Assembly: GCA_964478905.1 (NCBI GenBank)
Contig: CAYZJZ010000022.1
Coordinates: forward strand, 1 to 12,824
Reading direction: 5' to 3'
DNA length: 12,824 bases
Origin: an uncultured Eubacteriales bacterium
GTDB taxonomy: Bacteria > Bacillota > Clostridia > TANB77 > RGIG9151
The notes under the pieces were generated by a model. The model was not told the DNA's origin. It searched no databases and was given only the letters and a program-made list of their open reading frames with translations. The translations under genes and the position numbers were made by a program. Positions 1 to 9,200 of the stretch are shown piece after piece; the first letter of the stretch is position 1; the number at the start of each line of letters is the position of its first letter.

Positions 1-6
1 TGCTAC

Positions 7-36
7 TTTACACACATTACCTCTTGTTATCATAAT
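7..36 (+). promoter_or_regulatory. Possible sigma-A promoter upstream of murA (TTTACA, about 18 bp spacer, CATAAT)
   Basis: TTTACA at 7-12 and CATAAT at 31-36, followed by the GGAGG RBS at 57-61 and the murA ATG at 69. The window starts here, so the upstream context is missing. AT-rich DNA produces such matches easily. Confidence 0.25.
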
Positions 37-68
37 ATGTAGAGAGATAAGATTATGGAGGTAGAGAA

Positions 69-1322
69 ATGGATACATATTTAATAACAGGAGGCAATAG
101 ACTAAGTGGAGAAATAGATTTGCAAGGCTCTAAAAATTCTTCACTTCCTATAATTGCTGCCAGTGTTCTAATAGATGGAACTGTAACTATTTTTAGATGC
201 CCTAAAATAAGTGATACGCTTGCGATGCAAGAACTACTACGACTTTTAGGGTGTAAAGTGACTGAAGAAAATGAAAATTTGATTATAAATTCGACTACTT
301 GTGATAAAGACGAAATACCGGAAGATTTGATGAAGGAAATTCGTTCGTCTATTGTATTTATGGGACCAATGTTGGCAAAACATAAACGAGTTGTTTTAAC
401 ATACCCCGGGGGATGTGAAATCGGGGCAAGGCCGATAGATTTACATCTATCCGGATTAAAGCAACTAGGAGCGAATATTATTGAAAGCCACGGTTATATT
501 ATTTGTGAGGCAGATAGGCTGGTTGGTAATGAAATTGATTTGGACTTTCCAAGCGTAGGTGCAACTGAAAATATTATGCTTGCTGCTGTTTTGGCCAAAG
601 GTGTTACAATTATTAGAAATGCTGCAAGAGAGCCGGAAATTATAGATTTACAAAATTTCTTGAATAAGGCAGGAGCAAAAGTAATAGGGGCTGGAAGCAA
701 TGTGATTAAGATAAATGGAGTAGAAAAATTACATGATGTTGAGTTTGAAATCCCGGGAGATAGGATTGTTGCAGGTACATATTTATGCGGTGCAGCGATT
801 ACAAACGGAGAACTTATGATAAAAGGTGTAATCCCTGAGTACTTACGTTCTACTTTACACAAATTGCGTGAGGCAGGGTGCCAAATGAAAATATACAATA
901 AGGAAGACATTTGGATTAAAGCTCCAGAAAGGTTAAAATCGGTAAATACAATTAAGACTATGCCATTTCCGGGGTTCCCAACTGATATGCAGTCTCAACT
1001 GGTTACTATGCTTACTTTAGCACAAGGTACATCAATTGTAATTGAAAATATTTTTGAAAATAGATATAAATATGTTTCAGAGTTAACAAAAATGGGAGCA
1101 CAAATTACGATTGAGGGAAAAATGGCAGTTATAAAGGGCGTTAAAAAGCTTATGGGAGCAACTGTCGAAGCAAGAGAATTACGTGGAGGAGCAAGTTTAG
1201 TTTTGGCTGGGTTAGCTGCTGAAGGTAGAACGAAGGTAAATGGAATTCATTATATAGAACGAGGATATGAAAACTTTGTTGAAAATTTACAAGGAATTGG
1301 AGCTTTTATAGAGAAAATATAA
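69..1322 (+). CDS. murA: UDP-N-acetylglucosamine 1-carboxyvinyltransferase (MurA family)
   Basis: 417-aa ORF with a GGAGG RBS 7 nt upstream. N-terminus ITGGNRLSGEIDLQGSKNSSLPIIAAS is typical of MurA. The active-site loop YPGGCEIGARPIDLH carries the catalytic, fosfomycin-target Cys at residue 116. Full-length EPSP-synthase/MurA-type fold signature (RGYENFVENL near the C-terminus). Confidence 0.95.
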   Translation: MDTYLITGGNRLSGEIDLQGSKNSSLPIIAASVLIDGTVTIFRCPKISDTLAMQELLRLLGCKVTEENENLIINSTTCDKDEIPEDLMKEIRSSIVFMGPMLAKHKRVVLTYPGGCEIGARPIDLHLSGLKQLGANIIESHGYIICEADRLVGNEIDLDFPSVGATENIMLAAVLAKGVTIIRNAAREPEIIDLQNFLNKAGAKVIGAGSNVIKINGVEKLHDVEFEIPGDRIVAGTYLCGAAITNGELMIKGVIPEYLRSTLHKLREAGCQMKIYNKEDIWIKAPERLKSVNTIKTMPFPGFPTDMQSQLVTMLTLAQGTSIVIENIFENRYKYVSELTKMGAQITIEGKMAVIKGVKKLMGATVEARELRGGASLVLAGLAAEGRTKVNGIHYIERGYENFVENLQGIGAFIEKI

Positions 1323-1325
1323 TAG

Positions 1326-2123
1326 ATGAAGGGAATGATACAAAAGATGAGCAATGTTGTGAAGATTAGTAAATTGAAGAAAAAAGCTAAGAGTCACGTT
1401 GGATTTCTTAGCTTTCTTTTAGTTATCGCAATTGTTTGTTTCTTTTTATTATCTCCTATATTTTCGATAGAAAGTATAACTGTATCCGGTAATGTTAAAG
1501 TGTCAAGTGAAGAAATTGTTAGTGCATCGGGAATTGTTTATGCTCAAAATATACTGCGCATAGATAAGTTTTCTGCTATTAATAAGGTTATGGACATACC
1601 ATACATAAAAAATGTTGATATAAAACGTAACTGGCCGAATGAAATATGTGTAAATGTTGAAGAAAATGTTCCTGTTGCGAGTGTTACTTTTTATGGTTCT
1701 AAAATTTTATTGGACGAAAACGGATATATTTTAGAAGTAATCACAGACGACCTAGATTCGGGTTTGGCTAAGTTAAACGGAATATCTGCTAAAAGTATAA
1801 CGACAGGAAAAAAACTTGAATGTAGTGAAAAAGAAATTTTGGAATCTTATTTAGAAATATTGAAGATTTTTAATAATAATGATATGCTAAATGAAGTTAG
1901 CAAAATATTTGTAGAAGACGGAGAATATTTGATTGAACTAAAATCAGGGCATGTTACTAATTTAGGTAAAATAGATAATTTACAATATAAAGTGTTGCTA
2001 TTAAATGAGATTATATCTAGAGAGACTAATCCGGTGTATATTAATCTTTCAGATTTAAATATGATAGTTACAAAGCCTGTTTGGGGAATGTTTAGCGAAA
2101 CTAAAAATAATGAAGAAAATTAA
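1326..2123 (+). CDS. ftsQ: Cell division protein FtsQ/DivIB (POTRA domain, bitopic membrane protein)
   Basis: 265-aa ORF. It has a short basic cytoplasmic N-terminus, one TM helix (FLSFLLVIAIVCFFLLSPIF), then a POTRA-like IESITVSGNVKVSSEEIVSASGI segment. Its position between mur and ftsA is classical. The exact start is ambiguous (ATG at 1326, 1335 or 1347) and no strong RBS is visible. Confidence 0.85.
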   Translation: MKGMIQKMSNVVKISKLKKKAKSHVGFLSFLLVIAIVCFFLLSPIFSIESITVSGNVKVSSEEIVSASGIVYAQNILRIDKFSAINKVMDIPYIKNVDIKRNWPNEICVNVEENVPVASVTFYGSKILLDENGYILEVITDDLDSGLAKLNGISAKSITTGKKLECSEKEILESYLEILKIFNNNDMLNEVSKIFVEDGEYLIELKSGHVTNLGKIDNLQYKVLLLNEIISRETNPVYINLSDLNMIVTKPVWGMFSETKNNEEN

Positions 2124-2137
2124 TTGAGGTGAGCAAA

Positions 2138-2917
2138 GTGAAGAATAAAGAATTTATACTGACTATTACTGCTATATGTTTTATACTTGGGCTTATGTTG
2201 ACGATGCAATTAAAAACTGTCAAAGTCAATGAAGATAAAAGTACGGCTAGAACGTCGGAAGTACAAGCCCAATACGCAGAATTAAAGAAGAATTACGATG
2301 CGAAACTTTTAGAAATAGATGGTTTGAATAAGGTTTTAGATGAATATAGGAAGGCTGAAACTGATGAGGAAACAGTTGAGTTGTTAAAAGCTGAACTGAA
2401 AAAAGCCCAACAAGATGCCGGACTTACTAATGTTAGGGGAGCCGGGCTTACTATTGTTATGGAGGATAGCTTAGCTGATTTTGGTAGCGGTATAGATTTA
2501 AATAATTATTTAGTTCATGATGAGGACATTTTAAAAGTTGTAAACGAACTAAGAAGTGCTGGAGCTGAGGCGATTTCTGTTAATGGACAAAGAATAATAA
2601 GTATGTCTGAGATAAGATGTGCCGGTACGACTATTTTTATAAATGGAGAAAGGATTGGAGCGCCATTTACTATTAAGGCTATAGGAGATCCGGCTTTACT
2701 TGAAAGTGCTATGACGATGCGTGGCGGAAACGTGGATATATTAAAGGAATGGGGAATAAGATTTACCATTACTCGTGAAGCTGATATAGTAATTACAAAA
2801 TATAATAAAGCGATTTCGAGTAAATATATGACTACTGTAACTGAAGATGCGACTACTAACGTTAATTCAACTTCTACCGTGTCGATTTTTAAATCTAAAA
2901 AAGATGATGTAGCTTAA
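2138..2917 (+). CDS. DUF881 family division-cluster protein (YlxW/YlxX-like)
   Basis: N-terminal TM helix, a coiled-coil-like stretch, then a conserved DUF881-type core: GAGLTIVMEDS...VHDEDILKVVNELRSAGAEAISVNGQRI...PFTIKAIGDP. Same position as ylxW/ylxX in the Bacillus dcw cluster. I place the start at GTG 2138, 6 nt after GAGGTG at 2126-2131. The track start GTG 2129 lies inside that RBS and is the alternative. Confidence 0.8.
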   Translation: MKNKEFILTITAICFILGLMLTMQLKTVKVNEDKSTARTSEVQAQYAELKKNYDAKLLEIDGLNKVLDEYRKAETDEETVELLKAELKKAQQDAGLTNVRGAGLTIVMEDSLADFGSGIDLNNYLVHDEDILKVVNELRSAGAEAISVNGQRIISMSEIRCAGTTIFINGERIGAPFTIKAIGDPALLESAMTMRGGNVDILKEWGIRFTITREADIVITKYNKAISSKYMTTVTEDATTNVNSTSTVSIFKSKKDDVA

Positions 2918-2958
2918 ATTATACTTTGTATAAAAATGAAAGAGGTGTTGATTTTAAA

Positions 2959-3306
2959 ATGATAATTCCTTTGATCGGGTTATGCCTTGGAATTGCTGTG
3001 GCGTTATGTATGCCGGCAATAGATTTTACATATTCAAGTTATTTGGCGATTGCTATTTTAGCTTGTTTGGATTCTGTATTCGGTGGAGTAGCGAGCTTTT
3101 TGGAAAAAAAGTTTGATATTCATATTTTTGTGAGTGGTTTCTTCGGAAATGCTCTGCTTGCCGTTGTTTTGACGTATCTTGGCGAAAAACTTGGCATTGA
3201 TTTATATTTAGCTGCTGTATTTGTTTTTGGTAACAGAATATTTTTAAATTTTGCAATAATTCGAAGATACCTCTTGAATAAATTTCAAAAACAAGATAAT
3301 ATATAA
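2959..3306 (+). CDS. sbp: Small basic protein Sbp (DUF1290), integral membrane
   Basis: About 115 aa and hydrophobic, with DUF1290-like motifs: LDSVFGGVASFLEKKFD, FVSGFFGNALLA, GIDLYLAAVFVFGNRIFLNFAIIRRYL. Located immediately upstream of ftsA, as in Bacillus. ATG 2959 is the likely start. The track's TTG 2926 would add 11 non-hydrophobic residues. Confidence 0.8.
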   Translation: MIIPLIGLCLGIAVALCMPAIDFTYSSYLAIAILACLDSVFGGVASFLEKKFDIHIFVSGFFGNALLAVVLTYLGEKLGIDLYLAAVFVFGNRIFLNFAIIRRYLLNKFQKQDNI

Positions 3307-3404
3307 TACGTAAAAGTTTCACATAAGAAAAAATGGTTTTTGAAGGTAAGCCTTCATATATGAGCCTCTGAAATCTATATATGCTTTTTGTGTAAAAAGC
3401 ATTA

Positions 3405-3428
3405 AATAGCCGCTAAGCGGTTATTATA
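3405..3428 (+). terminator. Weak candidate intrinsic terminator or stem-loop downstream of sbp
   Basis: AATAGCCGC-TAA-GCGGTTATT forms a 9-bp stem with one G.U pair and a GC core. It is followed by a TTATTAT tract that is U-rich but interrupted. It is the third of three consecutive hairpins in the sbp-ftsA spacer. Confidence 0.3.
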
Positions 3429-3455
3429 AGTAACAGTAGATCGGGGTGTTTTAGT

Positions 3456-4694
3456 TTGTACAATGATGTAATAGTAGGCGTTGATATAGGCTCATCTAAA
3501 GTTAGTACAGTAATTGCGAAAGCGAATAAACAAGGTCAGATGGAATTTATGGGGGCAGGACTTGCTCCGTGTACAGGTATAAAAAAAGGCTTGATAGTTG
3601 ATTTAGAAGCTGTGTCTAGAGCTGTAAGAGCGTCTGTCTCAATGGCTGAAAAATCGGCTAATACGAGAGTTAGTGCTGTTCATCTTGCGTTATCCGGTTT
3701 CCATACGATATTAGTTCCTTCAAGAGGAAAGATTAATTTCGATGGAAATATGAAAGAAATTATGCCGGAAGATGTAAGTAGAGTTCTAAAAGATGCTAAA
3801 AGTTTCGACATTCCATATGATAGACAAGTTGTGGATGTAATCCCTAATCAATACATAATAGACGGATATGATGAGATAGTAGATCCTACCGGTATGATGG
3901 GAGCAATTGTAGAAGTTGATGCTGACGTTGTTCTCGGAAGTACAATTGCTACTCAAAGTTTATTAAAGAGTGTTGAACGTGCAGGATACCAAGTTGCCGG
4001 AATTATTGTTGAGGCGCTTGCTACAAGCGAGGTTATTTTAACTTCTGAAGAAAAGGAACTTGGAGTTTTACAAGTAGACATAGGTGCTGGGAAAACTGAT
4101 TATGCGTTTTTTAAACATGGAAGAATAAAACATTATGGTTCTATCCCAATAGGGGGAGAAAATATTACAAATGATATTGTAATAGGATTAAAAGTATCAT
4201 ATAATGAAGCCGATAGATTAAAAAAACAGTTCCCTTTATCCCAAAAATCCTTGATAAATAACGATCAAAGTATTACAATATATTCGATTGGCGAGAATAA
4301 GCAAAAGTCAATAAGGATTTCTGATGTTGTAGACTTAGTTGAAGCGCGTATTTCAGAAATTTTTACTATATTGAATGACAGGCTGGAAGAGGCCGGAATA
4401 AAGGAAGAAATAGAAGCTGGTGTTGTTTTGGTTGGCCAAGGTGTGTACCATATTGCCGGTGCCGGCGAAATGGCTCAAATGGCGCTAAATATACCGACAA
4501 GGTTTGTTAATCCGAAGTTGCCGGCTGGATTAAAACTAAGTTTTGTTACCTCGCTTGGTATTGTAAAATATGTAGCAGGTATGAGCTTGGGAGAGCGAGA
4601 CGTAGAAATCTTAAATAAACATAAAGAAGTTGAAGATGTTGCTACGGTAGAGGATGGACTTATTACTAAGTTCATTAAGTTTTGGAAAAAATAA
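3456..4694 (+). CDS. ftsA: Cell division protein FtsA (actin-like ATPase)
   Basis: 412 aa with phosphate-1 motif VGVDIGSSKVSTVI at the N-terminus and later VDIGAGKTD. The C-terminal amphipathic membrane-targeting helix is GLITKFIKFWKK. TTG start at 3456 lies 7 nt after GGGGTG (3443-3448). There is no other in-frame start between the upstream stop (3414) and the conserved N-terminus. Confidence 0.95.
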   Translation: MYNDVIVGVDIGSSKVSTVIAKANKQGQMEFMGAGLAPCTGIKKGLIVDLEAVSRAVRASVSMAEKSANTRVSAVHLALSGFHTILVPSRGKINFDGNMKEIMPEDVSRVLKDAKSFDIPYDRQVVDVIPNQYIIDGYDEIVDPTGMMGAIVEVDADVVLGSTIATQSLLKSVERAGYQVAGIIVEALATSEVILTSEEKELGVLQVDIGAGKTDYAFFKHGRIKHYGSIPIGGENITNDIVIGLKVSYNEADRLKKQFPLSQKSLINNDQSITIYSIGENKQKSIRISDVVDLVEARISEIFTILNDRLEEAGIKEEIEAGVVLVGQGVYHIAGAGEMAQMALNIPTRFVNPKLPAGLKLSFVTSLGIVKYVAGMSLGERDVEILNKHKEVEDVATVEDGLITKFIKFWKK

Positions 4695-4772
4695 GTTACC
4701 ATATATTGAAAGGTATAACCTTTAATAGAATATGGGAACTTCGTTGTTTCACAATAAGAAGGAGGAATTTAT

Positions 4773-5957
4773 GTGTTAGATTTTGATGTAGAAATGGAAC
4801 AATTTGCCCAAATTAAGGTAATCGGTGTAGGTGGTGGCGGAAATAACGCTATTAACCGAATGGTTGAGGGTGGATTAAAAGGAGTTGAATTTTTAGCTGT
4901 AAACACTGATAAACAAGCTCTTTTCTTATCTAAAGCAAATATGAAAATTCAAATTGGAGATAAATTGACTAAAGGTTTAGGAGCAGGTTCTGATCCTGAC
5001 ATTGGTCAAAAGGCTGCCGAAGAAAATAGAGATGAAATTGCGGAAGCGCTAAAAGGATCAGATATGGTGTTTGTTACTGCCGGAATGGGTGGCGGAACAG
5101 GTACTGGTGCTGCTCCTGTAGTTGCGTCTGTTGCTAAAGAATTGGGAATTTTAACTGTTGGTGTTGTGACTAAGCCATTTACTTTTGAAGGAAGAAAAAG
5201 AATGGTACAAGCTGAACGTGGTATTGCCCAACTTAAAGAAAATGTAGATACGTTAATTATTATTCCAAATGATAGATTACTTCAAGTTATTCAAAAGAAT
5301 ACATCTATGGTCGAAGCTTTTAAAATGGCTGATGACATCTTACGTCAAGGTGTTCAAGGTATATCTGACTTAATTGCTGTACCTGGTCTTGTAAACTTAG
5401 ACTTTGCAGATGTTAAGACTATAATGTTAAATACAGGTATTGCTCATATGGGAACAGGTCGTGCTACCGGTGAAAATAGAGCTGAAGAAGCTGCAAAACA
5501 AGCTGTACATAGTCCGTTACTTGAAACTTCTATTGAAGGAGCAAGAGGAGTATTGTTAAATATTACAGGTGGAGCTGATTTAGGACTACTTGAAGTAAAC
5601 GCTGCGGCTGAACTTGTTCAAAAATCTGCTGACCCTGAAGCTAACATTATCTTTGGTGCTGTAATTGATGAATCATTAAATGATGAATTGCTTATAACAG
5701 TAATTGCAACAGGATTTGATAGAGGCCTTGGCTCTATAAATATTCCTACTGCGAAGAAACCTGAATTTTCATCGTTTTTTGGACCTAAACAAGCTCCGAC
5801 AATGTCTTCACTAAACAATAGCGGAAATGCTAACCAAAATTCTCAACCGTCACAAAATACTAATCCTCAACCGGCATCTAAGCCTCTTGGTGGAATTATT
5901 TCGGACAATGAAAACGACTTGGATATACCGCCGTTTTTAAGAAAAAATAAAAAATAG
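4773..5957 (+). CDS. ftsZ: Cell division GTPase FtsZ
   Basis: 394 aa with [17 protein letters not shown] and the tubulin signature [15 protein letters not shown]-rich linker precedes the conserved C-terminal peptide [13 protein letters not shown] start lies 7 nt after GGAGG (4761-4765). Confidence 0.97.
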   Translation: MLDFDVEMEQFAQIKVIGVGGGGNNAINRMVEGGLKGVEFLAVNTDKQALFLSKANMKIQIGDKLTKGLGAGSDPDIGQKAAEENRDEIAEALKGSDMVFVTAGMGGGTGTGAAPVVASVAKELGILTVGVVTKPFTFEGRKRMVQAERGIAQLKENVDTLIIIPNDRLLQVIQKNTSMVEAFKMADDILRQGVQGISDLIAVPGLVNLDFADVKTIMLNTGIAHMGTGRATGENRAEEAAKQAVHSPLLETSIEGARGVLLNITGGADLGLLEVNAAAELVQKSADPEANIIFGAVIDESLNDELLITVIATGFDRGLGSINIPTAKKPEFSSFFGPKQAPTMSSLNNSGNANQNSQPSQNTNPQPASKPLGGIISDNENDLDIPPFLRKNKK

Positions 5958-5968
5958 AGTTAATAAAG

Positions 5969-6002
5969 AGGACTGTAAATAAATGCGTTTTTACAGTCCT
6001 TT
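5969..6002 (+). terminator. Stem-loop terminator candidate downstream of ftsZ
   Basis: AGGACTGTAAA (5969-5979) pairs perfectly with TTTACAGTCCT (5990-6000) around a 10-nt loop. Only a short TT follows before an A-run, so the U-tract is poor. Confidence 0.55.
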
Positions 6003-6069
6003 AAAAAATAGTAATCTTTTATAGAATTAAATCATATAATAAAACATAAGAAAAAAATAAAAAAAGTAC

Positions 6070-6098
6070 TTGAAATTATAAATAAAAAATGGTATAGT
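6070..6098 (+). promoter_or_regulatory. Strong sigma-A promoter for tRNA-Cys (TTGAAA, 17 bp spacer, TGnTATAGT extended -10, A-rich UP-like tract upstream)
   Basis: TTGAAA at 6070-6075, an exact 17-bp spacer, TG at 6090-6091 and TATAGT at 6093-6098. The A-tracts aagaaaaaaataaaaaaa sit immediately upstream of the -35. The tRNA 5' end lies 18 nt downstream of the -10. Confidence 0.75.
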
Positions 6099-6115
6099 AA
6101 TAAAGCAATGGTTAT

Positions 6116-6189
<74 letters not shown>

Positions 6190-6190
6190 A

Positions 6191-6225
6191 AAATTCCGGA
6201 TGCGTAAGCATTCGGAATTTTATTT
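6191..6225 (+). terminator. Rho-independent terminator after tRNA-Cys
   Basis: AAATTCCGGATGC-GTAA-GCATTCGGAATTT forms a 13-bp stem with one G.U pair and a GNRA-type loop. It runs into TTTTATTT. It ends directly at the mfd RBS AGGAG (6226-6230). Confidence 0.8.
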
Positions 6226-6239
6226 AGGAGTAATAAAGT

Positions 6240-9200
6240 ATGAATGTATTTGAAGAAATTTTAAATAACATACCTGTCTATAAGACAATATCTAAGTCGA
6301 TAATTAATAATTCAGTAGTAGTAAATGGTCTGGCAGATGTTGAAAAACGTCATTTTGCATATGGAGTTGCAAAAAAGCAAAACAGACCTTTTGTTTTTGT
6401 TGCCCAAAACGAAGCGGACATAGATAATATAATAAATGATATTGAGCTTTTTTCAAATAAAGAGATAGCATATTTACCCGAAGAAAATGCACGACTTCAA
6501 GTTGGTACAAAGAGTAAGGACATATACGTAAAGAGAGCAAAAATTTTTGAAAAACTATTACTTGGAGAAAAGCCGAATTTAGTAGTAACAACAGGGATAA
6601 TACTAAACCTTTTTCCAAAATTAGACTCTTTTAAAAGTAACACAATAAAAATAGAAACAGGAAAAACGTATAATATAGATAAATTAAGCGAAATGTTGGT
6701 AAAATGTGGCTTTGAGAGGACTGAAATTGTAGAAGGTGTTGGTCAATTTTCAATTCGTGGAGGAATATTGGACGTATATTCTCCAACAGCCCCAAATCCA
6801 TACAGAATAGAATTTTTTGATGATGAAGTTGACTCGATAAGAATATTTGACAGTATAAGTCAAAGGACAATAGAAAAAACGGAAAACGTAGATATTTTCC
6901 CTGTAAGTAGTGATGAAATAAAAGAAAACGAAGTGTCATTTTTAGAATATTTGCCGGAAGAATATATGATATTTATAGAAGAACCACAAAGACTTATGGA
7001 TAAAATCGACACAATGATTTTTGAATATCAAGAGCAAATAGAAAAAATTGAAAATAAAGAAGAATTACCAAAAAGATTATTTACAAGAGAAGAAATTTTT
7101 AATTGCTTGTTTGATAGAAAAGCTGTATTCTTATCTACTCTAGAAACAAGATTAAAAGAATTTTCAAGGGTAGAGAAATTTTCTATATTAAGTCGAGAAA
7201 TAACCGGTTTCGGTAATTCATTTGATAATTTGGCAAAAGCGGTAGCCGAATGGAAAAGCCAAAAATATAGAATAATTATACTGGCTGGAACAGAGACAAA
7301 AGGGAAAAATGTATCTAAAGAATTACTTGAAAAAGACGTAGAAACAATATATACAGATAATTTAGATAGACTACCAAACGAAGGAAGTGTATATATTACT
7401 CACGGAAATTTAACTGCCGGCTTTGAATATCCGGAAATAAAAGTAGTAATTATAAGCGACAATGAGCTATTTGGAAGCGATAAGAAAAAGAAGAAAAATA
7501 AAAAATCCGGAATGCCAATAAAAATAGATGAACTAAAAGTGGGAGACTACATTGTACACGAGAAGCATGGAATAGGTATATATCTTGGCATAGAAACATT
7601 AAATGCTGCAGGTGTAACAAAGGACTATATAAAAATATCTTATGCTAAAGGTGATATGTTATATATTCCTGTAAACCAGATGGAAAACATTACAAAATAC
7701 ATTGGTTCTGATGGACGAGTACCTAAAATAAATAAAATGGGCGGACAAGAATGGTCTGCTGTTAAAGCTAAAGTAAGAGCAGGATTGAAAGATGTAGCAG
7801 ACAGCTTAGTAAAGCTTTACGCAAAGCGTGAAATGGCAAAGGGTTTTGCTTTCTCAAAAGATACTGTTTGGCAAAATCAATTTGAAGACAATTTTATTTA
7901 CGAAGAAACAGAAGATCAACTAAGATGTATTGAAGAAGTAAAGAAGGATATGGAAAGAGAACGTCCTATGGATAGACTACTTTGTGGAGACGTTGGATAT
8001 GGGAAAACAGAAGTAGCAATTAGAGCTGCATTTAAGGCTGTAATGGATAGTAAGCAAGTAGCTTATCTAGCTCCGACAACAGTTTTGGCATCCCAACATT
8101 ACCGCTCTTTTGTAAAACGAATGAAAGACTATCCTATAAAAATTCAAGTTATAAGTAGGTTGCGATCTCAAAAAGAACAAAAGGAAATTTTAAAGAAATT
8201 AAAAAGTGGCGAAATAGATATATTAATAGGAACTCACAGAATTATCCAAAAAGACGTGATTTTTAAAGATTTAGGATTACTTATAATAGACGAAGAACAA
8301 AAATTCGGAGTAATGGATAAAGAAAAAATAAAGATGATAAAAGAAAATGTTGATGTGCTTACATTAACAGCTACTCCAATTCCTAGAACGCTCCATATGT
8401 CAATGGTAGGAGTAAAAGATATAAGTGTAATATATGAGCCACCGTCTAATAGAAATCCTGTTCAAACATACGTTTTTGAATATGATCAGGGAATAATAAG
8501 AGAAGCAATAGTACGTGAACTGGAGCGTAAAGGCCAAGTTTATTATTTATACAACAAAGTTGAAGACATAGACAAAGTTGCGAATAAAATTCAAGAAGCA
8601 ATACCTTGGGCAAGAGTAACATTCGCACACGGAAAGATGCAACCGACAGAGCTTGAAAATATAATGATGAGTTTTGCAGAAAATGAATTTGACGTTTTAG
8701 TATGCACAACGATAATAGATTCCGGTGTAGATATTCCAAATGTAAATACAATAATAGTTGAAAATGCTGAAAATTTAGGACTTTCTCAATTATACCAATT
8801 ACGAGGTAGAGTTGGACGTTCGAATAGAATTGCTTATGCATATGTAACTTACAGAAAAAATAAAGTGCTTTCAGAAATTGCAACAAAGCGACTTAATGCG
8901 ATAAGAGAATTTACTGAATTCGGCTCCGGATTTAAGATTGCAATGCGTGACTTGGAAATAAGAGGAGCAGGAAATTTAATTGGTGCTCAGCAACATGGAC
9001 ATATGGATGCAGTAGGTTATGATACTTATTGTAAGATATTAGAAAGTATGATAAAGGAGCTAAAAGGCGAAACTATTTTTGAAGAAGAAAAGGAAACAAC
9101 GGTAGTAGACTTAAATATAAATGCATATATAAGTGAAAAATATATAAAAAGCGAAGTCCAAAAGATGGAAATGTATCAAAAGATCTCTAAAGCGGATAAT

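Noticed and set aside
494-910. 138-aa minus-strand ORF inside murA. Similar antisense ORFs occur at 2515-2769, 3053-3322, 4475-4702, 5618-5818 and 11758-11976.
   Set aside because: Each lies wholly within or opposite a confidently identified + strand gene. The translations are low-complexity, Ser/Leu/Ile/Phe-rich and without recognisable motifs, and no RBS is evident. These are typical shadow ORFs of AT-rich coding DNA.
4706-4734. TTGAAA motif and TAGAAT or GAATAT in the ftsA-ftsZ spacer, considered as an internal ftsZ promoter, plus a short AAAGGT/ACCTTT hairpin.
   Set aside because: Spacing between the good -35 and the good -10 (TAGAAT) is only 14 bp. At 16-17 bp spacing the -10 is poor. 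ftsA and ftsZ are normally co-transcribed. This is not supportable from sequence alone.
5770-5900. Q/N/P/S-rich low-complexity region in FtsZ.
   Set aside because: This is the expected intrinsically disordered C-terminal linker between the FtsZ globular core and the conserved [10 protein letters not shown] peptide. It is not a repeat element or an insertion.
5983-6024. 13-codon mini-ORF (MRFYSPLKNSNLL) after ftsZ, with an AAGAGG-like sequence upstream.
   Set aside because: It is embedded in the ftsZ terminator hairpin, so the ATG lies in the loop. It is very short, with no supporting features, and is most simply a coincidence. The same applies to mini-ORFs at 3333-3371 (MVFEGKPSYMSL) and 12244-12267 (MKKSLRR).
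6304-6939. Two adjacent minus-strand ORFs (104 and 102 aa) antisense to the 5' part of mfd, plus a 146-aa one at 8446-8886.
   Set aside because: The translations are Leu/Phe/Gln/His-rich and look like nonsense. They are what purine-rich (GAA/AAA) sense codons produce on the opposite strand. The + strand Mfd reading frame is uninterrupted and motif-rich. There is no independent expression signal.
7480-7506. Poly-lysine stretch (KKKKKNKK) encoded by an A-rich run inside mfd. I considered it as a possible slippery or frameshift site or a pseudogene scar.
   Set aside because: The reading frame continues without interruption into the conserved RNAP-interaction domain. Basic linkers occur at this position in Mfd proteins. 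There is no evidence of frameshifting.
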